This document shows positions 20,910 to 32,890 of a stretch of DNA of 64,000 bases, one piece after another (the stretch's first letter is position 1; each line of letters begins with the position of its first letter). Below the pieces are notes generated by a model. It saw only the letters and a list, made by a program, of their open reading frames with translations, searched no databases and had not been told where the DNA came from. Position numbers and translations under genes: made by a program. Source of the DNA: Eukaryota sp. TZLM1-RC (lineage: Eukaryota; Protista; Metamonada: BaSk clade); assembly GCA_040285825.1 (NCBI GenBank), contig JAUPSS010000004.1:372001-436000 (forward strand), given 5' to 3'.

Positions 20910-22290
20910 TTAAAATTTAATTTTTTTCTAAACCTATAAATCAACATCTAAAAAATCCATCTCTCCCAAAACAAAAACACTAGATGCAACTCTCTCATAG
21001 TGAGATCCAAGAGAAAGCAAAGCATCAGAAACCATCTTCAACATCCCCTTAAAAATAGAAAACACAATTCTATTTTGCCAAAACAATTTGTTGAAATTTC
21101 TGCCAGTTCTTCTCTTTACAATCATTTCAAAATCATCCAAAAAACGTAAAGCAGTTGGTGCAAGTGAACCAAAAAGGGAAAATACAAATGGATACAAATT
21201 GTATTTTGCATGCTGTAGACTGGCCAATTTGGACAAAGGTTCATTGTATTTTTTGAATTTAAAATTTTCAGCATTTGAAAGGGGATTATGAATTTCAGAA
21301 TTAACAAGCCTTTCATTTGAGGCATTACAAGGATCAACAGACATTACATCCAATAAAATGAAGCTTCCATCTAATCCAGGTAATATGACATCACCTCTAT
21401 TATTCTTATGAAAATCATTTTCAGCATCAAACAGATTTGACAACAGAGGTTCCAAGAAGGATTCAATTCTATGAGATTTACACATACAATATAACTGGTC
21501 TCTGACAGCATCATGAACCTTGCTTCTAAAAGTAATAAAATGTTTACAATTTAACAAATGAGTAGTTGTAATTTCTCGAGAACATTTACAAATTAAATTA
21601 TGAGGTAAATTATCAGGCCAGATAAAGGAACGAAATTGCTTCTCGCTTTACAGAATTAAAAGCATTTTTAAAGTCGAGATTAAAAATAAAATTATTTTCC
21701 TCTGCATTAAAAAAGGTATCAGAGGCAATAGCAGCAACCGAAGCACCATCAATTGTTTTGATTCCAAATTGATGAGGATTCAAAAATGTAGAAGCTTTGT
21801 CTTTGACACGATCGAAGACAATTGATGCCAGCAAACGAGAAAGAGATTCACCAACAGCAATTGGGCGTATTCCATCAGGTTTGATTCCGTTTCCAGGCTT
21901 TACTAAAGCAATCAGACGTGCTGCGAGTAATTCAAATGGAGGATTAATTTTCAAAACAATTAATTGTTGAAAATAATGGGCTAGATCATCAGCAATTTCG
22001 GGAACATTGGAACACGCTATTTTTAAGAGATCAAAAGAAATTCCAGATGGACCTGCTGCTTTCCCCTTTGGTAATTTTTGAATAGCTTTAAGAACTTCAA
22101 TTGCAGTAATAGGATTTTCAATCCAAAAAGGACACACATCAGGCTTGCTGCACTTGAAATTTTCTTGAAGATGCAACTTTTGAAGTTTTTCAAGGGTATC
22201 AGAGTTTGCATCAGCCAAAGAAGAGGAAAACAAAGACTGCTTTGCGGCACCATAACGACCACGTAAGCACAATTTTCGGCAAATTTTTGA
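20910..22290 (-). mobile_element. Family C non-LTR retrotransposon with internal deletion (N-terminal RT half joined to CCHC-RLE)
   Basis: ORF 21613..22272 has KAAGPSG, IRPIAVGE and LDFKNAFNS. ORF 20934..21557 has VHDAVRD and RGDV..DV..KKY. Confidence 0.85.
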
Positions 22291-22378
22291 ATTTACAATT
22301 TTTGTTTTTCGAAATTTTTTCTTAAAATAATTTTTGTTTTTCTAGCAAAATATTTTCAGAAGGATGAAATATTCCACT

Positions 22379-22431
22379 TATTATATTATTATTATTATAT
22401 TATATTATTATATTATTATTATTATATTATT
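22379..22431. repeat. Imperfect (TAT)n/(TATAT) microsatellite
   Basis: About 53 nt made only of TAT/TATAT units. Confidence 0.9.
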
Positions 22432-22432
22432 G

Positions 22433-23010
22433 TAAATCGAGTAGATTCCTTTTTAGAGCCGTTGTTATCAAAATTAATTCTTGATGATCCCAATATTGAC
22501 AGTACGCGTTACAACAGAGCTTCTATGGGTCTGACTAGAGGTGATCTAGTTGTTCCTGGTTTAAATGGTAGTTTTACTATTTTAGACGCCATGTCTATTG
22601 ACCCTTGTAATTCCTCTAACGAACATCTCATTTACTCAGATGTAAATAATCCTCTTCTTGCAGGCGAAAAATATAAAATTGCTAAATATGCAAAACCCAT
22701 TTCCTCGATTAATGAAAATTCTCATGCTCAATACAATTTATGTCGCTTTGTTTTTTCTTTGCTTTGATCTCTAGGCAAGGTTGTTATGGCTTTCCTTGAA
22801 GATTTTGTTGTGTTGGTAAAGGAAAGAACTGGAAGAATTTTCAATCGCGGTTACTGGCAAAACAGGATTGTATTTTCTATTTTTAGGGGAATGGTAAAAC
22901 TAATTTCTGATTCACTCTTCTTTTGGGAAATTTTCTGAATCTTTGGCAATTAATTGTTTTGATGTAGGGAAGGCAGATTTTGAGGATGTGGAGTTTTAGT
23001 TTTTTTATGT
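22433..23010 (+). pseudogene. Non-LTR RLE-domain 3' fragment
   Basis: DSFLEPLL, TRGDLVVPGLNGSFTILD, KYKIAKY, YWQNRIVF; stop at 22765. Confidence 0.8.
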
Positions 23011-23099
23011 ATTCATTTTTTTTGTTGAAGGAACACAATATATCGTGTCAAAAAAATCAAAAATATCGTGTCAAAAATCAAGCAAAATGCAAATTAATA

Positions 23100-23591
23100 T
23101 TGTATAGAGTCTTTACAACAATATACGCAAGTTGTGAATCCTTGTATTTGGGACAATCAAAAGTCTGTCCATCAGATTTGACTGAGCCTTATGTAGGTTC
23201 TTCTATCATGAAGCGCTCGTTTGGTAATCCAATTGATAATAGAGTGCTCGATATCGATTTTACTGATCTCTCATTTACGGGCCCAAACGGTACATACGAA
23301 GAATTATCGGTTTACCGACTATTTATAGGTCTATTTGTCGATGTTCCGGATGCAGGATGGAGAGAGCTCCCAACTGGGTTTTCTTATCACAATAATAGCG
23401 TATACGGATTTGCATGGCATATCAATCAACAAGATGATAAGGTGTTTCTGCAGATGGTCACTGCTGATCTTTACCCAAATGTAAAAAAAGATTTTTATTG
23501 TACAAACTTCACTCGAAAACACGAACCCTTATACTGTTCAGATATAGATCAGTTTGTTGAGGTGAATGATAATCAAGGAGAACAGATTTAG
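23100..23591 (+). CDS. Hypothetical protein, probably a 3' fragment of a host gene truncated by the adjacent TE
   Basis: Open, protein-like composition over ~160 codons; no family recognised. Confidence 0.35.
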   Translation: MYRVFTTIYASCESLYLGQSKVCPSDLTEPYVGSSIMKRSFGNPIDNRVLDIDFTDLSFTGPNGTYEELSVYRLFIGLFVDVPDAGWRELPTGFSYHNNSVYGFAWHINQQDDKVFLQMVTADLYPNVKKDFYCTNFTRKHEPLYCSDIDQFVEVNDNQGEQI

Positions 23592-23687
23592 TAACCATTG
23601 GACTAGAATGCAATTGTTCAAATACAATACGTAGATAGTAATGAATATTAAATGAAAGCATTGCAGTAAAAAGATTAGAACACAAGC

Positions 23688-23817
23688 ACAGTAATGATAA
23701 AATTTAAGCATATATGATGACTTATCTCATGTTGACTCATCTGCATACAAAGGTTCATTTAACCACAGTAATGATAAAATTCAAGCATTTATGATGATGT
23801 CATCCCTCACGTTGACA
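23688..23817. repeat. Imperfect direct repeat, ~50-bp unit, ~76-bp period
   Basis: CACAGTAATGATAAAATT(T/C)AAGCAT(A/T)TATGATGA...GTTGAC occurs twice. Confidence 0.8.
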
Positions 23818-23944
23818 AAACATGTTGCTACATCTTTGAGTTCACTGTTAGAAGAAACAGAACACATGAAAAACCCAAGAACGATTGTATGGAAAAGAAA
23901 CACTGTTTTATTTACAAATCGATAACATTTACAATAATAATTAA

Positions 23945-24532
23945 TCAAATGTGATTGTACAACCATTGTCTAAGCTGATCAACACTATCAGTATCAATAG
24001 CACAAAGGTTCATAGTAGCCCACTTCCTCTTAAAACTATCCAGTCCTAAGATGCCCCTAATTTGATCACATGGAACGAAACCCTCACAATCTTTTTTGTT
24101 GACAACAACCATCATTTTGCAGTTTTTGCTCAGATCAGATGACTCGTCAACCATAATGAGTTCATCCAAAGCTTCTTTGAAACGATCAGGTTTTGAGCCG
24201 TCAATAACAAAGCAGATTAGCTTTGTAGAGTGGAAATAGTGTCGCCATAATGGTCTAATTGGTCTTTGGCCTCCAACATCATACACAGTTACAACTTTGT
24301 TATAACCAAGTGTTACATTTTCAACGTTAAAACCGATTGTGGAAGGCATATCATAGATCTCGTTATCTTTGAGCATATACAACAGCACGGACTTGCCTGA
24401 GTTATCCAACCCTATGAATGTCACTTTGGGAGCATCAAATCTTTTGTAAAAAGATCTGCGCAAGATCAATACGACGATAACATAGGACAACAACCCAATG
24501 AAGAGAGAAGTCAAAACAAGTGCAACAACCAT
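23945..24532 (-). CDS. Arf/Arl-family small GTPase with N-terminal transmembrane helix
   Basis: GLDNSGKS, PSTIGFNVE, DVGGQ..IRPLWRHYF, NKKD, CA; residues 2-24 are hydrophobic and followed by RR. Confidence 0.9.
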   Translation of the reverse strand: MVVALVLTSLFIGLLSYVIVVLILRRSFYKRFDAPKVTFIGLDNSGKSVLLYMLKDNEIYDMPSTIGFNVENVTLGYNKVVTVYDVGGQRPIRPLWRHYFHSTKLICFVIDGSKPDRFKEALDELIMVDESSDLSKNCKMMVVVNKKDCEGFVPCDQIRGILGLDSFKRKWATMNLCAIDTDSVDQLRQWLYNHI

Positions 24533-25315
24533 TGTTTTGAGAGAAATTCTGATGTTATCAACCTCTCAGAATGACGCTAACAGTATTGTCAATATTCATT
24601 CTTATACGTTCTTGTTAGTGTTGTGACCCACTTATAACACACACTGATGTAAGTGTAACGTTGCTCATCCGTCCAGTAACGTGTCCTTCAATTTATTGTA
24701 ACTGGTACAAACTTCAATTGTTTGAATTTGTATAAAAATGAATTTTTTAAATTATTGTGTCATATATATCAATATTTAATTAACCAACTCAATTGTTTCT
24801 TGTCAATGATGTATAAACAACAAAACATCACTATCACAATTTGAATAACCTACTTTTCTGAACACTGGTTCCTTGATTCAGTCTGTTTATCCCACCACCT
24901 TCTTGGCATAAGTTTCCAGGTGATGAAATCTAATGCCTCATTCATGCCGTAACCTTTGGGTTGATGGCGAATTGTATCATTGGGAATCATGGTTTATAAG
25001 AACCATCATTTATATCTCTCTAAATGTTTTATTCAAATGTTAGCCATTGCATTAAATATGAATTTAATTATTTTTTTGCTTTTTATTTTTAAAATTGCAA
25101 TTCACCTGTCTTCAAATTGCAAAACAGAAACCGAAAAACAAGTACATGCACAAATCCACTAATTGATTGATTATCTTTTTAATTAAGAACAAACAGAAAC
25201 GTTCCATCTGACTGAAACCTGATTCACTGTCTAGTTCTTGTTATGTGGTGTTGAAAATTCACAATATCCTTGAATTGTAAATTTCAAACTAAAAAAATGA
25301 AATTAATTGATAAAT

Positions 25316-26332
25316 TTACATAAAACTTGAATAGGCCAAAATATCCAAGTCCTCATCACTATCGTCACTTGAAGTTTCGTCTGAATTCCCCTCATTTATT
25401 GGAGGATGATTGATATTTTTGACAATTGTGTACCTATAACTACCAGAAGAAGACATAATCCTTTGTTTTTTCCAACAAGATTTAAAAACAAAAAACAGTT
25501 GACACACGAGAAACACTCCAAATAATCCAACTAAAACCCATAATAATAGTGGTACTTTTGCTTGAAACTCGGTACTAGCTTCACCTCCATCGTCCTCTAC
25601 ACAGAGTTCATCATCACCTTGTACTAATTTTTTGAAACCATTTATACAAGAGCAAAGACCCAAGTCAGAAGGAAAAGCAAAAGGGCCACAATCAAAAATA
25701 AAGATGTGGTCTTCATCAGTCTCAATGCTGACGTCATCATTATGACCCATAGTGATACACTTTCCGTTTAAGTGAGAAAAAACTTCAAGAGAATTGCAAG
25801 TAGGAATTGGCTTGCACTGAAATGTTGAATAGTCAAAATAATCACCATCTTCACAGTGAATGGTGCAAATGCCACTGTCACTCAACACCATATCTCCTGG
25901 ACAATGAGGAACACAGAGAGTGTGATTGAACAAGGAAAATCCGGGTACACATGCAGGAGTATCTGGAAAATATGACATAGGATGGGGGGTGGGATTGGAT
26001 GAGGAAATGTTATAAGAGAAACGGGGAGAGTATGATTGAGTGGAGAGGGAATAAGATATTTCAAAAAAAGAATCCGTGGGAAAAGAGAGGTAGAATCGGT
26101 AAAGAGAAGATGTGGATGAAGAGGCTAGCGATAAGGAGAAACGACTGCATCGGTGAGGATTGAAATGGCAGACTTCATGTGGTGTAAGATGCACTTGATC
26201 GGACCCTTGAGGTATTGAAACATCAATGTAAATTAGTGAAGAAGAGATGACACCTATATCAATGGGTATTGGTGGTATAATTGTAGAAAGGGTAAGGGTG
26301 CAAAAGAGCAGAAGCAGAGTCAAGTTGACCAT
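25316..26332 (-). CDS. Cys-rich (EGF-like) type I membrane protein
   Basis: Signal peptide MVNLTLLLLFCTLTLS, repeated C-x-x-G...C modules, TM segment LLLWVLVGLFGVFLVCQLFFVF, acidic tail. Confidence 0.8.
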   Translation of the reverse strand: MVNLTLLLLFCTLTLSTIIPPIPIDIGVISSSLIYIDVSIPQGSDQVHLTPHEVCHFNPHRCSRFSLSLASSSTSSLYRFYLSFPTDSFFEISYSLSTQSYSPRFSYNISSSNPTPHPMSYFPDTPACVPGFSLFNHTLCVPHCPGDMVLSDSGICTIHCEDGDYFDYSTFQCKPIPTCNSLEVFSHLNGKCITMGHNDDVSIETDEDHIFIFDCGPFAFPSDLGLCSCINGFKKLVQGDDELCVEDDGGEASTEFQAKVPLLLWVLVGLFGVFLVCQLFFVFKSCWKKQRIMSSSGSYRYTIVKNINHPPINEGNSDETSSDDSDEDLDILAYSSFM

Positions 26333-26369
26333 ATAAAAAATGGAATTATACAATATTTCAGTGAATGAA

Positions 26370-27900
26370 AAGTATATGATCAATTTGGTGTATGGAATAA
26401 TTACAAAAACTATCTACTACACAGATACTGAGGCCTTTCACTACCACTCGTTCTGACTTCAGCAATTGCAAACATATTCAGACAAGCCAGCTTATTTCTA
26501 TTGAAAAGCTTTGTTGAGCCTTTGTTACTGAGTTTGCAATTCTCACTATTACAAGCTAATAAACCATGAAATGTAGTAACAGGATTCATTTCTCTTCTAT
26601 AGAATTCGGTATTTGTTACTCTCAAAAACGTAGCAAGCTTTTCAAAACAACCAGGACATTTTGCTGAAGTGAAAGCTTCATTAATCATCAATACTTCAAA
26701 TCCATTTCTTTTCAGAAATTGAATCCATCCAATGCCTGGGGTAGGTCTATGATGTTTCAAATTGTTGGAACCCTTTTTACCATAATCACCCAGTAGAATT
26801 AAAGTTTCTTTTGGATTGCCAAACTTCTGAACAAGGTTTTTTAACAAGCAACTTTAAGTCTTTTGCTTGTAAATAAAAGCTTACATTTTATAAATGCACC
26901 ACAACTCAAGACTGTAAAAGTCAATTGTCAAATCAATTTGCCGAAGTTTGACACCCACAAAGTTGGAAAAATCTATAAAAGTTGCTGAATTGGCAGCAAA
27001 CGCGGACAATACGTTGTTTGCATCTTCAATTGTCATTTCGTTAGACTCTATCATTTGGTTCCTGTCGTAATATACCTCAGTATACTTTATCGCCCATCGT
27101 TTTTGTTTATCACTCATCCTACTTTTCAAAGACCAGGACATCTGAGTCGTTCTCAACCATCTGTACTTCTTGTCTTGATTCATCACCAGACTATTTCTTT
27201 GCTGTTCAGTTTCATGTTCAGGCAACATGGCTAATTCTTGATCAGTCTTTTTACTCCCAAAATACAATAAATAACGTCTTCCAGGATTCCTTTGTCATGA
27301 AATGCAGCAACATCAACATCATGAATTTATAATTCTGAAATACCGGCCATGTTGTCTGGCTTACAGTTCTGTCTTTGTAAATCCTGACGAACAAATTCTA
27401 CTGCAATATTAAATCCATCTGTTTGGATAATGTTGTTAAATTTATAGCTCTTCTGTTTGAACATTTGTTGGTTTAAATCCAGATTACTAGAACAAAGGTC
27501 AAATTACTCAGGTGGTTTGAATTCTATAATGTGGGCTATTGTATTGGACATTTTCAGCGTCGGTGTAGATGATAAATCATCCATTTATGTTTGTCTAACA
27601 ATTATCCATATTGTTCTTGTGTCAATAAGAAAATGTCCAGGGCCTCAAGTGGTTGAAACAGGAGAAATATGATATTGATGCATAAAGATTATTGTAGTAA
27701 AGAGATAGGCATATGTTGATGGAAAAACAGTGTTGTTAGATTTTTTTTAATTGACTGTTGGGTGAAAGTTTCAGGTTAAAGCAATAATGTTGCCTAAAGG
27801 CTATTGTAGTAAAGGAATGTCTGATTTACTTTTTATTCATCTGATATAAGCATTAGGGCGCCAACACTGCTTCTTCCCTTTTTCTAAATCAATCAGCTTA
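26370..27900 (-). pseudogene. Fanzor1 pseudogene, 5'-truncated
   Basis: In order across frameshifts: PGHFLIDT, FNNIIQTDGFNIAVEF, (D)PGRRYLLY (RuvC-I region damaged by an indel), LGDYG..PTPGIG, INEAFTSAKCPGC, HGLLAC, FNRNKLACLN, ERPQYL. Confidence 0.88.
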
Positions 27901-27956
27901 TATGAATATTAAACATAGCTATTTCAAATAACTAAATAATCTATACAAACACAGAA

Positions 27957-28283
27957 TTAGCTACGTTTCCTAATTCTATTACTACTTTTTAGCCTCTGAG
28001 AAAACGTAGACTCATGGGAGGCAGCTTTACGTTGGCTAGTGGTACACTTTCCAATTCTCTTGTTATCCCTACTAAATAACTGATAAGCTTCGGAATTTTT
28101 TACCGAATGGAGAGGCTCTTCTGTTGTCTCACCGTCAAACCATTGAACAGTACAGAAACTACCTGAATCAGAACTATATTCTGAAAGGATTTTCTCTTTA
28201 ACGTGTATTTCAATAATTTTTTTTTGGCAAAAACCAGAATATCTAGAAAAAGGCCATGTTCCCAGATGACAACTTCTCTCCAT
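27957..28283 (-). pseudogene. Chromodomain-like fragment (integrase C-terminus of a chromovirus-like element)
   Basis: EKILSEY...FCTVQWFDGETTEEPLHSVKNSEAYQLF resembles the chromodomain at 42764..42946. Confidence 0.6.
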
Positions 28284-28689
28284 CTCGGTGAAAGTTGATT
28301 GAGTACATCAATTGCTGTATCATCTGGAACAACGGGATATGGTAATTTATATCAATTTAATCTATTCTTTAAAACCTGTAACTCAAACTGCATTAAATTG
28401 TGATTAAGACAACAATGAGGTTGATAATTACAAATAAGGTTTAAAAACCTACGAAGCAAGGTTTTTTCATCAGAGAATATTTCTGCCTGAATTTCCATAG
28501 CAATGTCTGGTATTTTGCTGACTTGAGAACTTATTCTCAACATAAGTGAATATTTACTGTCCAAAAAGAAATTCGGGCGGTCAAACTTATTTACTTTTTT
28601 GTGAAAAAAAAACTTTTTGACGGGTTGTCCGTTGTTACATCTTTTTTTGAACAGTTACGCCTCAAAGTCAGAAGGAGCTGCCACAGTGA

Positions 28690-28850
28690 CTTTATTGAAG
28701 AAGATCAACTTAGGAACTTATTGATTACACATCAATCCGCTATCCAATTTAGAATACGTTTTAGGTTTTTGTTTTCTATGGATTGTGCTTATAAGACGAA
28801 TAAGTAATCTTTGTCATTGTTGCTTATTGGATACAAAACTTTTTCCTGGC
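28690..28850 (+). pseudogene. MULE (Mutator-like) transposase remnant
   Basis: FSMDCAYKTNK*SLSLLLIG matches the MULE motif hhDxTYKTNxYxhPLh around the first catalytic Asp. Confidence 0.55.
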
Positions 28851-29037
28851 TTCGAATTTTTGTAATGAAAAAAGCTTACCTCGATTTCAATGGTTTCTTC
28901 GGGTCATGAAGACAATTTCAGCTCTTTCGTGCCATCAAGAACGTCTCAAATTCAAAATGATTTCAATTACATCTTTTTTTGAAGATATTGAATTTTAGAT
29001 TGTAGTTTTAAAAATAAATAAAAAATATTTAATAAAA

Positions 29038-29113
29038 TACTTGAGTTTAATGATGTCCAAGCTTTATAAGTAATTTATCAAGGATTGGCGTGGAGAATGT
29101 TGTTTCTTATGGG
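29038..29113. repeat. ~75-bp dispersed direct repeat (partner ~33175-33250)
   Basis: TTTAATGATGTCCAAGCT.TATAAG...TTGGCGTGGAGAAT.TTGTTTCTTATG is present at both loci. Confidence 0.8.
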
Positions 29114-29779
29114 TTTTAATTTGTTTTTCTTTTTTTGTTTCTTCGTAGAAAATATAATGTTTTTTCAATTAACCTTAACTTTATCAACAAACACCAATTC
29201 AAACAACAAAATTGATTAGAGAGAGGCATTTGAAAAGGTTCAGCATTCATAAGTCTTTGCCTTATATTTGTTGCCACAAAATCTGTTTCATGTTTGTGAG
29301 ATGATTTTGCGTTTCCAAATATAAAAAGATCACCTATTTTAAACTTAAAAGAACAGACGTGTGGAATTATCAGCTAAAGTTCAATTATCATTATTAGTCA
29401 ATTTTGCAAATAGTTATATAGTCTGCTGCTGATGTTTCTCGACTCCTGATGTGAAGGGCAAAGTTGTAGTAATGGACAATATTGTTTCTGGTGAACCCTT
29501 TATTTTGATTGTTTCGGAATTCAATATTGAATTATATAAGTGTTATTTCCATCAAGGTAGAATCAGTGTGTCTTTATCTGATCAAAATCTGTGACAAATG
29601 AACCCCAAAATATCGATTATTTATTTATATATTTTTGTGTTGAATTTGATTGTTGTCATTGATTGTATTTATACTACCTACTTAAATGCTTCATTCACAA
29701 TGTATTTCCTTCTGATTCACTCTTATCTGTTCTTTATTTGTCATTTAATACCATTTATTTTGTATAAATGTGATTCATG

Positions 29780-32700
29780 GTATGTTGTATAAATGGTCAT
29801 TGATACTAAGTCAAATTTGCAATTCTTGTACTCTAAAACTTACATGTTGTGTGATCAACACCTAGTCACTAGCCTATGAATGACCCTTTGATTCTGCACC
29901 TGCGCCCTAATCATTTCCGCTAGAACTTGTTGAAAAGATGACTTTGTGAAGCCACCATCGTTTTCTCTTATAGTTGTCTCAGAAGACAATGCTCGCTCAA
30001 CCTCTCTCCCTTTATCGCACTCAGTTCCCGTTTGATACCGTGTTTGTTCTTGCAATGACCAAATGCCACGCCACACCACGTCCTCAGTGAATCGCTTTAA
30101 TACCTGCACTTTGGCCGCGCTGATTGACACCTTGATTGTCCATATGACCGATCGATCGGGTGTTCCAGATTTACTGCTTTTAAATGTTTCGAACTTAATA
30201 CTCTTTTTATTTTGTTTTCTATTACCAATTAAGATCTGTTCTTATATTTTTTTGCTACTTCTAGTAAGACCAAGTATTCAAAGTAATTTCACAATCTTTT
30301 AAACTACCTTGAAGATCCAATTGCCAGTCCTTTTACTTCACCGAATTTGACTTGGTTTGGTGCTTGTTTGATCTTTTTCAAATCTAAATTTCTCACTATT
30401 ATTTTCTTGTTACGTTCTTTACTCAACTCAAATAACATTAACTCAGAACTACTGGGACTTCATTGATCCAATTGACTTCTCATGCACCAATTCTAGTAAT
30501 TCTTTAAAACATACAGTTACTTCTCTAACAATGGTTAAGTCACCTATAAGAACAACATCATCCATATAATCAATCATATTTGAATTTGCAATAAAATAGG
30601 ATGAATGGTCAAACAAAACAAAAGAGGTCCTAACGGATCTCCTTGCTTTACACCACCTGATGAACTCAAAATGTTATTACCAAAATGTAAATTAGAACAT
30701 GTGCTGTATGTTGATTGAAAATACGGCATTAATTCCGGCATATATTGCAATAGAGCACCATGGATACTGCGACAACTGAGTGAATTGAATGCATTATTAA
30801 AATCCAATGACATACAAACATTGGATTCATTTTGGCGAAATAAAACATCAGTAGCAAATATCGCTGAAAAGACTCCATCAGTGGTATTAATTCCATATTG
30901 AAAGGGTAATAAAATCTTTTTTAAACCTGCTTAAGCAACAAGCAGAAAAAATATTCTGTAAGCTCTCAGAGACTGCAATAGGTCGAACATCCATTTTTGA
31001 ATTTTTGACAAGTACCGTCAAACGAGAACTTCGTAATTCTTCTGGGTATTTGAGTTGACCGGTCACTATTTTGTTGAAAAATTTGGTTTATAAAACAAGA
31101 CAATCCTCTGAAGAAATAATTGCCGCTTTTACATGATCAATAGAGATACCAGAAAGTCCGGCAGACTTACCGCGTGGTCTCTTTTTTGTCACTGAAAATA
31201 CTTCTGATGCCATCAATGTATGAGTTTCCGTATAATTTCCGTAAATATTTTGATCCATAATAGGGTCTTCATAAGGATGAAGTATATTTAGTTTATCTAT
31301 TGTATTTTCATTGTTGGGAGATTTCACTCCGGAACTTAAAGCTGACAAAGCCTTGGACCATTTGTTGTCAAAGCATTCATCAATGACTACTATTTATCTA
31401 CTTTAGAGATTTTTTTAAAGAAGTATTTATTTACTTGAAGGATTCAATTTTAATTTTAATTAATGTTGTTTGGTAATTGTATTTCTTCATTACCACCACT
31501 TAATGAATTTAATTTACTGAATTATTTGGTCAATATTTGGTCTATTGGGGGACCATTTTACATACATTCATTAACCTTGCTACATCCAATGCAGCATATT
31601 TGGGGGTAAATGCCAATAAAGCCAAATTTGTGCATTTACAAACCAGGTGTTTTCAGGCTTTAAATCACCATGAATGACAGATTTAGAATGAATGGAATTA
31701 TTTTCCATTAGCTTTTAAAAACTTACAATAATCATTGGTTTATTATTGGATTTTTGATGAGGTGTTGATCACACAACATGTAAGTTTTAATTTAACAACT
31801 GTTTATTTTTAATTTTAGGTTTTAAGGTTATCGAAAAAGTTTGTTTTTCATTGAACTGTTTTGTCATGGTAAATTTATATTGGAATTTGAACAGCTTTAT
31901 AAATAATTTATTTTTTTCTGATCATGTAATAATTTCGTGTAACCCTTACTAAGTTACCAAAGTTCAACCTGTTTGTTTTCTTTTTTGAACTACTAACCTT
32001 GCTGAAAAACACTAGGAGGCCTCTTGTGTTTTTAATTAACATTATTTGTAGTATCTTGTTTGTTTAAATGTTTCATCAATGATTAGAAAAATTCTAGAAT
32101 TTAAACAATTCAGCAAGAATGATTTTATCAATTGAAGTATTGAAACTCCAGTTTCACTCCTGCTCCCCTTCATAAATATATACAGCCTGGCTTTTTCATT
32201 TCTATTTTTCTGAATACTGTCCTTCTTGAAAACCAGTTTCTGGATTACTCTTCTGAAGGACCAAAAATCAATACTATTGATTTTCGAAGGTATTAATCAA
32301 AATTAAGTAACAATAATAAAGCCCAAAAACACCTCATTCTTAGGGTAGTTGTCCATTGATGGTCATTTAACAATAAACACTAAACATTGGTAATTTGGGA
32401 AATTAAACAACTTGAGAGTGAAAAATTTGATATTTTTCAAGATCTAAATCTGGAAGTGCAATAGATCAACATTCAAAATTTGCTAAAAGAGAAGAAAATT
32501 GATTGCGGATTTCATCAAAACCAAAATGACAACCTAAAAATCGTCAGCCTAGTTCAAAATAATTGATGAAATGAACACTTTGATCAACATTAACAAGATC
32601 AACAGGCTCTCTACCAATCAATAAACATTGAAAAATGTTCAAAGAAAGATCAATTTGATGACATCTCTGTTGAGTTTTAGAATTTTATCCCAATGAATCA

Positions 32701-32890
32701 ATGAAAATTATTGAAATTTCATCCATATAAGCCAGAATTTTAATTTCGGGATACTGTTTTAATTCACACATTAGAAGTTGATCTGCAAGATGGAAGGAGA
32801 AAGGACCTAATGGATGACCGTGTTTAGCACCAGATGGTGATATCAAATTGAAGATTTCATAGACAGGTGTTCATTGTCCATAAAAATTGA
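29780..32890. repeat. Right arm of the inverted duplication of 1-3088, including family B RT fragment (~30490-31390, minus strand)
   Basis: Reverse complement of the window start. ORFs 30574..30813 and 31088..31348 carry QGDPL and KSAGLS. Confidence 0.95.

Noticed and set aside
22379-22431. (TAT)n as a specific target site of the adjacent RLE element
   Set aside because: The related fragments at ~45850 and ~55720 lack the microsatellite, so there is only one example.
23038-23082. Two-copy ~22-bp tandem repeat AATATCGTGTCAAAAA(A)TCAA
   Set aside because: Simple local slippage with no sign of function.
27270-27300. RuvC-I D-to-N substitution in Fanzor copy 2 (NPGRR)
   Set aside because: The N codon sits at an indel junction, so the original residue cannot be read.
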